Source: a virus. From it: 64,000 nucleotides of DNA. Positions 35,668 to 44,404 of the stretch are shown here, piece after piece (the stretch's first letter is position 1; every line of letters starts with the position of its first letter). Under the pieces are notes generated by a model. That model had not been told where the DNA came from. It did no database searches and was given only the letters and a program-made list of their open reading frames with translations. The translations under genes were made by a program, and so were the position numbers. The stretch is from positions 2,540 to 66,539 of the IMG/VR virus record IMGVR_UViG_3300005613_003484. One strand, written 5' to 3'.

Positions 35668-35957
35668 TCCTTAATAAAGTCTTTGTAGGCGCTTACCAGT
35701 TTTTCATGTGGTTCGACAATAGTCAGTATAGCATCAGAATGAATCATTAGAGTGTGCTGACTCGTAATTTCTCCTTTGGGCCAGCGAATCATTCTATTAT
35801 CAATATCTGGTTCTTCACTCTTGCAAAGAATTTGAACTGGATTGATGAGTTTGCAATCAGGTTGTCCAGATAGTGGTTCAACTTCAATTTGTTCGATTTC
35901 AGAAATCAATACAATATCAATATTCTTCAGAAGGAGGCATTGAATCATTTTGTTCAC
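35664..35957 (-). CDS. hypothetical protein (Sm-like fold candidate)
   Basis: LISEI...PDCKLINP...ILTIVEP; coupled to gp43. Confidence 0.7.
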   Translation of the reverse strand: MNKMIQCLLLKNIDIVLISEIEQIEVEPLSGQPDCKLINPVQILCKSEEPDIDNRMIRWPKGEITSQHTLMIHSDAILTIVEPHEKLVSAYKDFIKE

Positions 35958-36273
35958 CGCGAGAATTGTACATAGTAATTATATCATCAATGGGATCCAC
36001 AATAGCAACAACCCAATCCAGAGGAACAGCAATTTTCTTTTCCTTAGTAAGACGAATCCATGGAGTCATTGTAATTTCAACCTTTTCTCCATTTTCCTCA
36101 ATTTCGCTTTCTTCCATGAGAATTCTTGGTTCTTGACTCACGTAATTCTCAATGACTACTACAGGGTCATTAAAAAGATATGCAAAGACCTTTCCATTCT
36201 TTTCCGAAGTCAGTTCTTTGGCATCTGTAAGAACTTGCTCTCCAGATTTCAGAAGTACTAGTTTAATGCTCAT
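35917..36273 (-). CDS. hypothetical protein (Sm-like fold candidate)
   Basis: MSIKLVLLKSGE...PWI...DWVVAIVDP; start set downstream of the promoter. Confidence 0.75.
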   Translation of the reverse strand: MSIKLVLLKSGEQVLTDAKELTSEKNGKVFAYLFNDPVVVIENYVSQEPRILMEESEIEENGEKVEITMTPWIRLTKEKKIAVPLDWVVAIVDPIDDIITMYNSRGEQNDSMPPSEEY

Positions 36274-36294
36274 TTGATTCAAAAACTTTCCCAT

Positions 36295-36332
36295 ATTATA
36301 AGACCCCGCTTGGTCTTTGTCAAGCGGGGTCT
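36295..36332 (-). promoter_or_regulatory. 12-bp inverted repeat overlapping a consensus promoter for the gp43 operon
   Basis: AGACCCCGCTTG/CAAGCGGGGTCT; TTGACA-17-TATAAT with the spacer formed largely by the 3' arm. Confidence 0.8.
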
Positions 36333-36362
36333 GGCGACGATATTGGGATTGCCCCAAACTAT

Positions 36363-36797
36363 TTAGAGATAATCCTTTCTCCTATGATGCTCAGGAACAA
36401 TCTTTCCAAGAGTGATTCTCAAAAGCCCATCCTCAAAATCAACTGATCTAACTTCCGTGTCATCAGAGAGTGTCCAGGAACGTGTAAATGACCGTTGAGC
36501 CAAACCTTTGTGTAGATACTGGGTTTGTGTCTCTTTATCCTCTTTTTGACCTTCAACAAAGAGTTTACCATCTTGTGTGTAGACATAAACTTCTTTCTTT
36601 TTAAATCCGGCAAGAGCAATTTCCAAGCGAGATTCTACATTGCTTACATGAATTAGATTGTAAGGTGGATAGTTTGCGGTTGTTTCATGAAGGGTGAAGA
36701 GTCTATCAAAATACTCATCCATTCCAATTGTATTGCGATTGATTCTTTCCAAAAGAGCAGGAAGATCCGATACCTGATATTTCATCAGTTTACTCAT
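36363..36797 (-). CDS. hsp20: small heat-shock protein
   Basis: NYPPYN, EIALAGF, HKGLAQRSF, DGLL. Confidence 0.95.
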   Translation of the reverse strand: MSKLMKYQVSDLPALLERINRNTIGMDEYFDRLFTLHETTANYPPYNLIHVSNVESRLEIALAGFKKKEVYVYTQDGKLFVEGQKEDKETQTQYLHKGLAQRSFTRSWTLSDDTEVRSVDFEDGLLRITLGKIVPEHHRRKDYL

Positions 36798-36872
36798 TTT
36801 AGTAACTCCTTTTTAAGCGAGGTTTGATTTTGTGGACCCTTTCGGCATCCAACATTATTTAACCATAAAACG

Positions 36873-36906
36873 AAAAAAAGAGGAACGGTGAAAACCGAAC
36901 CTCTTT
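36873..36906 (-). terminator. terminator between regA and hsp20
   Basis: AAAGAGG..CGGT-tttc-ACCG..CCTCTTT followed by a T run. Confidence 0.65.
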
Positions 36907-36955
36907 ATGGGGTGTTCCGACTTTTGTAGAGACCGCACGAAGGTCTCAATACTAT

Positions 36956-37393
36956 TTATTCAGTCTCTTGAACTTTTTTTCGCTTTCCAATATTATATTT
37001 GGTTTCAAGAATCCAGTCACCCTTTTCTTTATATGAAAGAACTTTGATTTGATTCAGTGGTGCGATATTTTCAATTTGAGAAACTTCACAGACTCCAATT
37101 AGCCCCCAATCTGCTAAGAGTTGAATAATTCGATTTCTCCTTTGCACATCATTCACAGTTAGATTTGCTCTTTTACCATCAAGTGCAAAGAGTTCTTTAA
37201 AGTGAACAATGAAATATTTTCCTTGCTTATGTAGAATATGGCAAGATTGATATAGTTTCTTTTCTTTACGAGAAGCAACTCCAATTCTTGTTAGAGTTTC
37301 ACGAACCTTAAGAAAATCATCGGGTTCATTTAAAGTAATTTCCACCATTTGATCTGGTGACCACTGAACTTCAGGTTCATTAACGATACTCAT
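36956..37393 (-). CDS. regA: translational repressor RegA
   Basis: DDFLKVRETLTRIGVAS, LYQSCHILHKQG.YFIVHFKE. Confidence 0.96.
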   Translation of the reverse strand: MSIVNEPEVQWSPDQMVEITLNEPDDFLKVRETLTRIGVASRKEKKLYQSCHILHKQGKYFIVHFKELFALDGKRANLTVNDVQRRNRIIQLLADWGLIGVCEVSQIENIAPLNQIKVLSYKEKGDWILETKYNIGKRKKVQETE

Positions 37394-37776
37394 TTTGTTC
37401 CTCCAGTCTCAAGTTTTGATTTAATAAAGTCGATTTGTTCTTTGGTAAGAATTTTCAAAGCTTGGAGTGCTTTTTCATTACTATAGTTATAGTATGACTT
37501 GACACATTCAAGATCTTTGACTGCCTCTTTACGAAGCCAAGGAGAAAATCTTTTTCTCTTTCTCAGAATATTTATGTAAAAGTCATATTGCAACTTTTTA
37601 TCTAAGGAGGATTTCATATTCATCTCATTAGCATACATGAGAGAATCTATCTCTCCAGATAAGCAACGATTGATGATATATGGAGAATACTGACGTATGC
37701 TTTCAGAATCTTCATCCATAATATTGTTTTTGGTTTGGTTGATAGAGTTCAACCAATCTTTCAATTCATACTTCAT
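37390..37776 (-). CDS. gp62: clamp loader small subunit (gp62)
   Basis: YSPYIINRCLS, QYDFY, RKRKRFSPW. Confidence 0.92.
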   Translation of the reverse strand: MKYELKDWLNSINQTKNNIMDEDSESIRQYSPYIINRCLSGEIDSLMYANEMNMKSSLDKKLQYDFYINILRKRKRFSPWLRKEAVKDLECVKSYYNYSNEKALQALKILTKEQIDFIKSKLETGGTK

Positions 37777-38879
37777 CTTATAATTTGAATGTCGTCAGTT
37801 TCTGTCCAGAGTTCAATTCTATCACGGAATCTTCCTTCTGCTTTGAGTTTTTCGTAACGTTTACTTGCCTTCTTCTTCCACCATTTAATGATGTTTTCAA
37901 GTTCAAACTTCTCCCAATTTTGACCACGACGAAGTTGAGTTTGTTCTCCAGCAAGAACTTCACGAACATTTTCATAACCATACTCAGAAGTATAAAATCT
38001 CTTCTTCTCAGTTAAAGAAAATGCCTTTGACATAACATCATTGAACTCATCAAGTTTTTCTTGATCTTGCAAACATTTTTTAATGATCGAAATCATTTTT
38101 GTTTGCCTCTTCATTTTCTTTGAAGATGCCTTGTTATCTGTCAGAGGATTCCCCCCATTCAAATAAGTGAAGCGATCATGAAGTTTATGAAACTGATCGT
38201 CATGAAGTAATGGAGTAAATTTACTCTCAGTCAATCCCCGAAATCTCATGAATGGTTTAAGACCATCATACTGAGAACATGAAGTTGTGGATCCGTAGAG
38301 TGAAGTAGTTTCAAAGAGACAAATATCTTTTTCAAACTTTTTACTAATGAATTCTCTTGTAAAATGAGAACAACATAGCAATGAAAGAAGTTTTCCTCCG
38401 AGATAGTTGTACCCAAAAGGTTGAGTGGGAACAATTACAAATCCCATACATGCATGTTGATTAAACAAGCGAAGATCGGGAGATTTTCCAATCCAATTAT
38501 TTCTTGGTTTGGAATTGATTGTTGGAGATCCAATACGAATAAACCCAACAACTGTATTTGTTGTAGTCTCTTTTACAATCCACTTATGTTCTCTTCCAGG
38601 AATATTCTGCTCATTATTATGAGACGAGACGGCGGCAAGGAGACTTCGATAATACCTCTGATCAAATCCGTCTTTACCTACAGGAAGAATGGTAAAATTC
38701 ATTTCCTCTGGATGAATATCTGCATTAAAGATATCATCAGAAAATGATGAAACTGCAGACATTTGATCCAAAACTTCTTTCTTTACATATCGAAGATAAT
38801 CTTCAATGGTCTGAAGATTCTTGAAGTAGTTAATGAATTCATTTGCAGCCCATAAGGCATCATCATTAGAGATATTCAT
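37773..38879 (-). CDS. DUF4338 / DruA-like protein
   Basis: QPFGYNYLGGKLL...ETTSLYG...SQYD motifs. Confidence 0.6.
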   Translation of the reverse strand: MNISNDDALWAANEFINYFKNLQTIEDYLRYVKKEVLDQMSAVSSFSDDIFNADIHPEEMNFTILPVGKDGFDQRYYRSLLAAVSSHNNEQNIPGREHKWIVKETTTNTVVGFIRIGSPTINSKPRNNWIGKSPDLRLFNQHACMGFVIVPTQPFGYNYLGGKLLSLLCCSHFTREFISKKFEKDICLFETTSLYGSTTSCSQYDGLKPFMRFRGLTESKFTPLLHDDQFHKLHDRFTYLNGGNPLTDNKASSKKMKRQTKMISIIKKCLQDQEKLDEFNDVMSKAFSLTEKKRFYTSEYGYENVREVLAGEQTQLRRGQNWEKFELENIIKWWKKKASKRYEKLKAEGRFRDRIELWTETDDIQIIR

Positions 38880-39826
38880 TTGAAGTTACATTCAACCATA
38901 ATTTCTGTAAGTGCTGCAAGAAGATTAATTTCCTGATCAGCAACAAATGCGATCTGATACTGATATTTAGCTATGATCAAAACTGCTGCAGCAATAGAAG
39001 GTCCCTCCAAGCGATCATAAAGAGCATCATAAACGTTCCGAAGAATCACACCAGGATCATTGTCAAGATTGTTTACAACCCATTTACGAACCTCTTTGAA
39101 GTTCTTTGCGGATAGAGAACGCATGAGATCTTCAATGTTGACATCAGAGAATGTCGCTAGAATGCCACTATCAATCTTACCACTGACAGCATACTTTTGA
39201 CACTCATTTAGAACACGTCTCCAATCTGGAAAGTGTTTGTTGATCAGTTGTGCAAGAACTTTTGGATCATATTCAACATTCTCTTTCTCAAGAATAGTCC
39301 TGAGACGGTTGAAGAAGTCTGCTGCAATTTTGGGTTTATCACTTTTGTTTGTTGTGAATTCAATAACTGCACATCGAGAGTGAAGTGGTTCGATGATTCG
39401 GTTTTTGAAGTTGCAGGTGAAGATGAATCGGCAGTTTTTATGAAACGTTTCAATATTTGCCCGTAAGAGGAGTTGTACGTCGTGGGTTGTATTATCTGCC
39501 TCATCAATGATGATGACTTTGTGTTTACCATTTGCTTGAAGTGATGCGGTCGAAGCAAAGTTTTTTGCCTGGTTCCGTACCGTGTCCAAAAATCGTCCTT
39601 CATCAGATCCATTAATGACATAACAATCTACTCCTAACTCATTACATAATGCTTTTGCCACCGTCGTCTTCCCACATCCTGCAGGTCCTGCAAGAAGTAA
39701 ATTTGGAATCTCACCACTATTCAGAAAATTTTGAAATGTTTTTTTTGTGTCTTCAGGAAGAATACAATCTTCAATTGTTTGAGGACGATACTTTTCAACC
39801 CAAAGAAACTCATTGTGATAATTCAT
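38876..39826 (-). CDS. gp44: clamp loader large subunit (gp44)
   Basis: LWVEKYRP, GPAGCGKT, IIDEAD, LHSRC. Confidence 0.95.
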   Translation of the reverse strand: MNYHNEFLWVEKYRPQTIEDCILPEDTKKTFQNFLNSGEIPNLLLAGPAGCGKTTVAKALCNELGVDCYVINGSDEGRFLDTVRNQAKNFASTASLQANGKHKVIIIDEADNTTHDVQLLLRANIETFHKNCRFIFTCNFKNRIIEPLHSRCAVIEFTTNKSDKPKIAADFFNRLRTILEKENVEYDPKVLAQLINKHFPDWRRVLNECQKYAVSGKIDSGILATFSDVNIEDLMRSLSAKNFKEVRKWVVNNLDNDPGVILRNVYDALYDRLEGPSIAAAVLIIAKYQYQIAFVADQEINLLAALTEIMVECNFK

Positions 39827-40391
39827 TTTCAATTCGTTCAACATCAAGACAAAGGTTAAAATTTAAATTGGAGCTAATAATAGTCTTTCTGGTATCATAT
39901 AAGACTTTTGGAGATCTATGTGGAATATATGAATCAAATATAATTATATCACCTTCTTGAACATCTGGACGAAATGTTTTTTTCGTCCTTATATCAAAAA
40001 ATTCTGTCGCCAAAGAAGAATCTTCCAACTCGACATAATAAACATATGAGATAGATGCAAATGGATGTACGTGCCAAACATGAGCATCATTTTTTATGTA
40101 CTGCTGAAACCAATAATTATCAATTTTTATTGATGGAGTGTAATAATAATCAAGAATAAAATCATAAAAATCCCTTGCATTTTCCTCAAAAAAGGAAAAA
40201 TATTTTTCTATTTGACGTGAAGATTTTTCCATTTGTGTGAAATAATCAGTTTTATAAACTGAACTTTCATCATCGCCAGGAAGAATTCCACCACCATTAA
40301 AATTATCAATTTCATTGAGAACAAAATCTTTAATTTTTTGATGATTCTTTAGAGTATATTTTATAAGTCGATCTTTCATAATCAAATCCAT
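39810..40391 (-). CDS. 2OG-Fe(II) oxygenase superfamily protein
   Basis: WFQQY...HVWHVH...SYVYY...EGDIIIFDSYIPH...RKTIIS.N. Confidence 0.8.
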   Translation of the reverse strand: MDLIMKDRLIKYTLKNHQKIKDFVLNEIDNFNGGGILPGDDESSVYKTDYFTQMEKSSRQIEKYFSFFEENARDFYDFILDYYYTPSIKIDNYWFQQYIKNDAHVWHVHPFASISYVYYVELEDSSLATEFFDIRTKKTFRPDVQEGDIIIFDSYIPHRSPKVLYDTRKTIISSNLNFNLCLDVERIENELSQ

Positions 40392-40894
40392 TCAGGTTTA
40401 CGATTGGGAATGCGAAGATAATTGTCCTTCACCCAAGGTTTAGATGCAATATACATCTTGTATGCATCAAATGTCGAAATACTATTGTCAAGTTTAAATT
40501 CATCTGGCATAGCTCTAGCAAACGGAGTATGGTCAGAATAATTTACATTTGGAAAAATTTCATTTGCAACCATGAGAGTATTATAGCATGTATGTTTTTT
40601 ATCATACCTTTCAAAATATTCTTGACACAGTGCAAATCCATGAACGATTAACCATCTAGCATTCTCAATTGTTTGATTTGCCCAAATCGTGCATGGATGA
40701 TTGCGAAAAGCACCCTTCTCAGTGGCATAGGGAGTACCGTCTGCCTTGGGAAGAGTGCCGTATCCATGTCCCCACTTGTCTGATGCCACGATAGAAAGCA
40801 TTTGACAGGTCTCTAAGGGCATCTTGACGATGTGTTTGTCTGGAAGCACTCGGGCGCTCTTAGCGGGGTTTGGGCTAGTCACAAAGATGTTCAT
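40382..40894 (-). CDS. pyrimidine-dimer DNA glycosylase-like protein
   Basis: MNIF...DKHIVKMPLETCQMLS...NHPCT.W...EY.ERY.K.H...AMPD. Confidence 0.7.
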   Translation of the reverse strand: MNIFVTSPNPAKSARVLPDKHIVKMPLETCQMLSIVASDKWGHGYGTLPKADGTPYATEKGAFRNHPCTIWANQTIENARWLIVHGFALCQEYFERYDKKHTCYNTLMVANEIFPNVNYSDHTPFARAMPDEFKLDNSISTFDAYKMYIASKPWVKDNYLRIPNRKPEWI

Positions 40895-40909
40895 GGTGAA
40901 GCGGTTGCT

Positions 40910-41584
40910 TCACTCATTATACACAGAGTCTGGTTCCAGTGCAATGAAATATGTGAGGGGATGTGATTCCAGTGCATTTGTAAATTGAGCCAAACACTGT
41001 CGGGAGATCACTACATCATAGTTTCCAGGAAGAATCTTGATGTTCTCGACTTTAAAGTTGAACGTAAACTCCTTATCGGTCTCACCAACAATAATTGAAT
41101 GATCATTTGATGTATCGTTCTTTTTATCACGAACAGCAAGACGAATCACACCAGCACCACCGATGACAGATAGATCAGGAAGATCCAGAGTATTTGCTGC
41201 TTGAAGCAATTGACTCAAATGGCTTGGTGTAATTCCAAATGAAACATCTTTACTTGGAAGAACTAGCGGTTTTTCTGGAGGGGAAACGATTACATTAGGA
41301 TCGGCAAAGAAATATCGGGAACGATTTTTACCTTCTCTGATAGTGACGTAGTTATCTTCACTAAAGTCAAGTTCAGGATCATTATAGATCCGAAGAACTT
41401 TTAGAAACTGAGGAAGATCATAGATTGCAAAGTCCTTCTCAAATTCTTCCTTAACTTCCGCTTCAGCAAGAATGTTTTTCATTACTGAAATTGTGCGGAG
41501 TTTCTTTCCCTTATGAATCAGAATGGACTGATTGATTTCAGAAAAGTTATTCAGAGTAGCAATGGTTTGCTTAGAAAGTTTCAT
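40910..41584 (-). CDS. gp45: sliding clamp (gp45)
   Basis: MKLS..T...L.NFS.IN.SI, FAIYDL, YFIALE. Confidence 0.95.
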   Translation of the reverse strand: MKLSKQTIATLNNFSEINQSILIHKGKKLRTISVMKNILAEAEVKEEFEKDFAIYDLPQFLKVLRIYNDPELDFSEDNYVTIREGKNRSRYFFADPNVIVSPPEKPLVLPSKDVSFGITPSHLSQLLQAANTLDLPDLSVIGGAGVIRLAVRDKKNDTSNDHSIIVGETDKEFTFNFKVENIKILPGNYDVVISRQCLAQFTNALESHPLTYFIALEPDSVYNE

Positions 41585-42083
41585 AATGATCAGTAGGTTT
41601 TGTGTGAAGACCAGAGAAGTGGTACAGAAGAATACAATAATGGATTGCTTTCAAAATGTCAAGTTTTGATTTACCATTTTTCTTACCAAAACGAGACAGG
41701 TATTTGATTGCATTGGAACGACAGAATGGTTCTGCATCACCAATACTTTCAATCAAGTCAAGAGTTTGAGTCTTAGATTCTTGAGAAGTATAATGAGAAT
41801 TATATGTTCCAGAAATATAATCTTGAATTTCTTTTACTGTCAGATCTTCACTATATTTCCAGTGACCATTATTGTTTTCCATTTTACTCAGTGTGAACTT
41901 CAATTCACCATTATCTTGTTTTTCTTTTTCAATGTTAATCATTTCATTAGTCCATCCATCATTATATGCAGAGGTATATCTCTGATATGTGTCTTTAGCT
42001 AATTTATCCAGAGGATCATCATTCATAATACGTTCTTCATCCATTTTTAATTCTTCGTAAAGTAAACTCCATGAATTAGTCAT
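41571..42083 (-). CDS. DUF3310-like conserved phage protein
   Basis: TYNSHY, FCRSNAIKYLSRFGKK, DILKAIHY. Confidence 0.75.
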   Translation of the reverse strand: MTNSWSLLYEELKMDEERIMNDDPLDKLAKDTYQRYTSAYNDGWTNEMINIEKEKQDNGELKFTLSKMENNNGHWKYSEDLTVKEIQDYISGTYNSHYTSQESKTQTLDLIESIGDAEPFCRSNAIKYLSRFGKKNGKSKLDILKAIHYCILLYHFSGLHTKPTDHYETF

Positions 42084-42702
42084 AACAGAAAAGGAAATCA
42101 TTAACTAATGATTCTGCTCGTTCTTTACCAAATTTACTGGAAAGATATCCAGCAACAGGATCAAGTGCTTTCATATATTTGTCAAAATCCCCATAAGTAG
42201 ATTCGGCAGCAAAACCATTTGGCCTTGAAGATTCTAACATATTTTTGTAGATAGTCAAGTACTTTTTGAACATTTCAAGATGATCATTTACATCAGAAGA
42301 TGTACACTTTGCAATGTATATGTTTTCTGAGAAATGATTTCCAGGTTCAAAAAATCTAAATGATCCATCTGCCTTTGGAAGATCTGGATGGGAGAATAGA
42401 TAATTTTCTACTGGATGTTGGAAATCAAATACAACAATAACTTTTTTCTCAAAGAATCCCATCAGGTCCATACCAAAACAGGGAAGGTTGGATCCGGTTT
42501 TAGGATAAATGATGTTGTTGTAAATACAAGATTTTTTATCCCATATTTCAACCTCTCTCGACTTAATAATATACTCATTTGTATAAATTTTAGCAGTTAA
42601 TTCATTACCTTTTGTAGACCATTCAGCCCAGGTGTCAGATAATTCAAGATCGGGGAAAGTTTCAAATAAAACTTTTTTGTAGTCTTTCCATAAATCATTC
42701 AT
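42076..42702 (-). CDS. pebS: phycoerythrobilin synthase (ferredoxin-dependent bilin reductase)
   Basis: LFETFP, IYNNIIYPKTG.NLPCFGMDLM, VFDFQHP, RFFEPGNHFS, LDPV.GY...FG......VNDFLF match the recalled PebS sequence of phage P-SSM2. Confidence 0.9.
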   Translation of the reverse strand: MNDLWKDYKKVLFETFPDLELSDTWAEWSTKGNELTAKIYTNEYIIKSREVEIWDKKSCIYNNIIYPKTGSNLPCFGMDLMGFFEKKVIVVFDFQHPVENYLFSHPDLPKADGSFRFFEPGNHFSENIYIAKCTSSDVNDHLEMFKKYLTIYKNMLESSRPNGFAAESTYGDFDKYMKALDPVAGYLSSKFGKERAESLVNDFLFCYD

Positions 42703-43247
42703 AATTCTTCAAATAAAAATGCAAGTGTTTTTCTTTCTTTATTACAAAATCGGTTTGGTGCTGATCCCTTGTGTTCCATCATAGCATTAAAAAGAACTCC
42801 GCAGTTTGGAAGAAATGGCAAACCCAAATATTCACCAGGACTAGTTTCAACTGTCAATTCACCCCCCCAGGATAAGTCCCATTCATAATCCATAAAAACA
42901 ACAAATGACCAATATTCAATTTGAAAGTCGTCAGGGTGAAAATTAGACTCCTGCCCAAAAAACTGAATATTAGTGTTGATTCGGATTAATTGCAACTCCC
43001 TTTCAAGAATTTTTTTGCAATGGTATTTTGCAATTATTGATGCATCCATGAACCTTAAATTTTCTCCAATATCTGGACCAACATTGCAAAATAGTTCCCC
43101 AAATAAGGGGGAACTATTTTTTTCTCTTTTTTCAAAAATCCACGAATTGTTGATAGAATTAAATTCATCTAAGATTAAGTTATAATAGTCCAGTTTAAAA
43201 ATGTTCTTTACGTAAAAAACATTTTTAGATTTTTTCTCCCATTCCAT
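42699..43247 (-). CDS. 2OG-Fe(II) oxygenase (prolyl-hydroxylase-like)
   Basis: FHPD (HxD), WGGEL, PNCGVLF...HKG..P...R. Confidence 0.8.
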   Translation of the reverse strand: MEWEKKSKNVFYVKNIFKLDYYNLILDEFNSINNSWIFEKREKNSSPLFGELFCNVGPDIGENLRFMDASIIAKYHCKKILERELQLIRINTNIQFFGQESNFHPDDFQIEYWSFVVFMDYEWDLSWGGELTVETSPGEYLGLPFLPNCGVLFNAMMEHKGSAPNRFCNKERKTLAFLFEEL

Positions 43248-44322
43248 CTTTTACCTCAAGAGTAAAGTCAACATCCACTTTGTCATAGAGTTCAAGGAAA
43301 GATTGCTTTGTTTCATCATCGAAACGATTCACACAGACTTGAATCGCCTTTGCCTTATCTTGAAAGATGCTATATGCACGGATAATGTGAACAAGACGAC
43401 GAGTGCTGATGATTTCTTCGATACCACCATCATAGAAGGTTTTACGAATAATGTCACCCCAATCTACAAGACGCTTGCAGAAATCACGATCTTCCACACC
43501 AAGATCCAGAGCGATACCTTCTAGGATCTTCTGCTCAGTTGCAGGAGTTGGATAAGACTGCTCAAAGGTCACAGGAAAACGTTCTAGGAATGCTTCATTG
43601 AGCACGTTAGTTCCAATAAACCGGCCGTCGTCCGAACCTTTGCCTTTAGTATTGGCGGTTGCGATGACATTGAATCCATCTGTTGGTTGAACAAACTTTC
43701 CAATCTTTTTAAGGAATACTCCTTTCCCTTCCAGGATAGATTGGAGACAGAGAATTTTGTTACTGGCAAGGTCAATCTCGTCAAGGAGCAAAATAGCTCC
43801 TCGCTGGAGTGCTTCAATGACTGGGCCATTGTGCCAGACGGTATCACCATCGATAAGACGGAAACCGCCAATAAGATCATCTTCATCAGTTTCAATCGTA
43901 ATGTTTACACGAATCAGTTCCCGACCCAGTTGAGCACATGCTTGCTCAACACTGAACGTTTTACCATTACCCGAAAGACCCGTAATGAACGTAGGATAAA
44001 AGAGACGGGACTGAATAATTTTCTTAACATCATTGAAGTTACCAAACTTGACGAAAGTATCATCTTTTTCAGGAATAAGATTCTGTTCTACTGCAGGAAT
44101 TGCTGCTGGTGCTTTGTAGGAACGCTCAATTTCTTCAACTTTTTCTTCATTCACATCAAGATTCCAACGACCACGGGAGACTTTGTATTTAGAAATTTTT
44201 TGAGTGACGGTGCAATAGTTTGAATCATTCATTGCACACCATGCACGAACATCACCAGAAGTGATATTGTTGCCATAAAGATTACGAAGAGAGGAGAGGA
44301 TGAAGTCAGAAGAAAGAGTCAT
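43225..44322 (-). CDS. cobS: MoxR/CobS-like AAA+ ATPase
   Basis: GLSGNGKT, LLDEID, ATANTKG, NEAFLERF, ISTRRL. Confidence 0.88.
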   Translation of the reverse strand: MTLSSDFILSSLRNLYGNNITSGDVRAWCAMNDSNYCTVTQKISKYKVSRGRWNLDVNEEKVEEIERSYKAPAAIPAVEQNLIPEKDDTFVKFGNFNDVKKIIQSRLFYPTFITGLSGNGKTFSVEQACAQLGRELIRVNITIETDEDDLIGGFRLIDGDTVWHNGPVIEALQRGAILLLDEIDLASNKILCLQSILEGKGVFLKKIGKFVQPTDGFNVIATANTKGKGSDDGRFIGTNVLNEAFLERFPVTFEQSYPTPATEQKILEGIALDLGVEDRDFCKRLVDWGDIIRKTFYDGGIEEIISTRRLVHIIRAYSIFQDKAKAIQVCVNRFDDETKQSFLELYDKVDVDFTLEVKDGMGEKI

Positions 44323-44344
44323 GATGTAATTTGTTTGAACAATG

Positions 44345-44403
44345 TAAGTATAGAGCGGTTGGGGTGGGTTGACCACCCCCTTGTGACAGTTTAAGGATTG
44401 ACC
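44345..44403 (-). promoter_or_regulatory. cyanophage early-type promoter element
   Basis: AACTGTCACA, then a GC hairpin, then TATACT; same layout as 46601-46660. Confidence 0.55.
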
Positions 44404-44404
44404 C

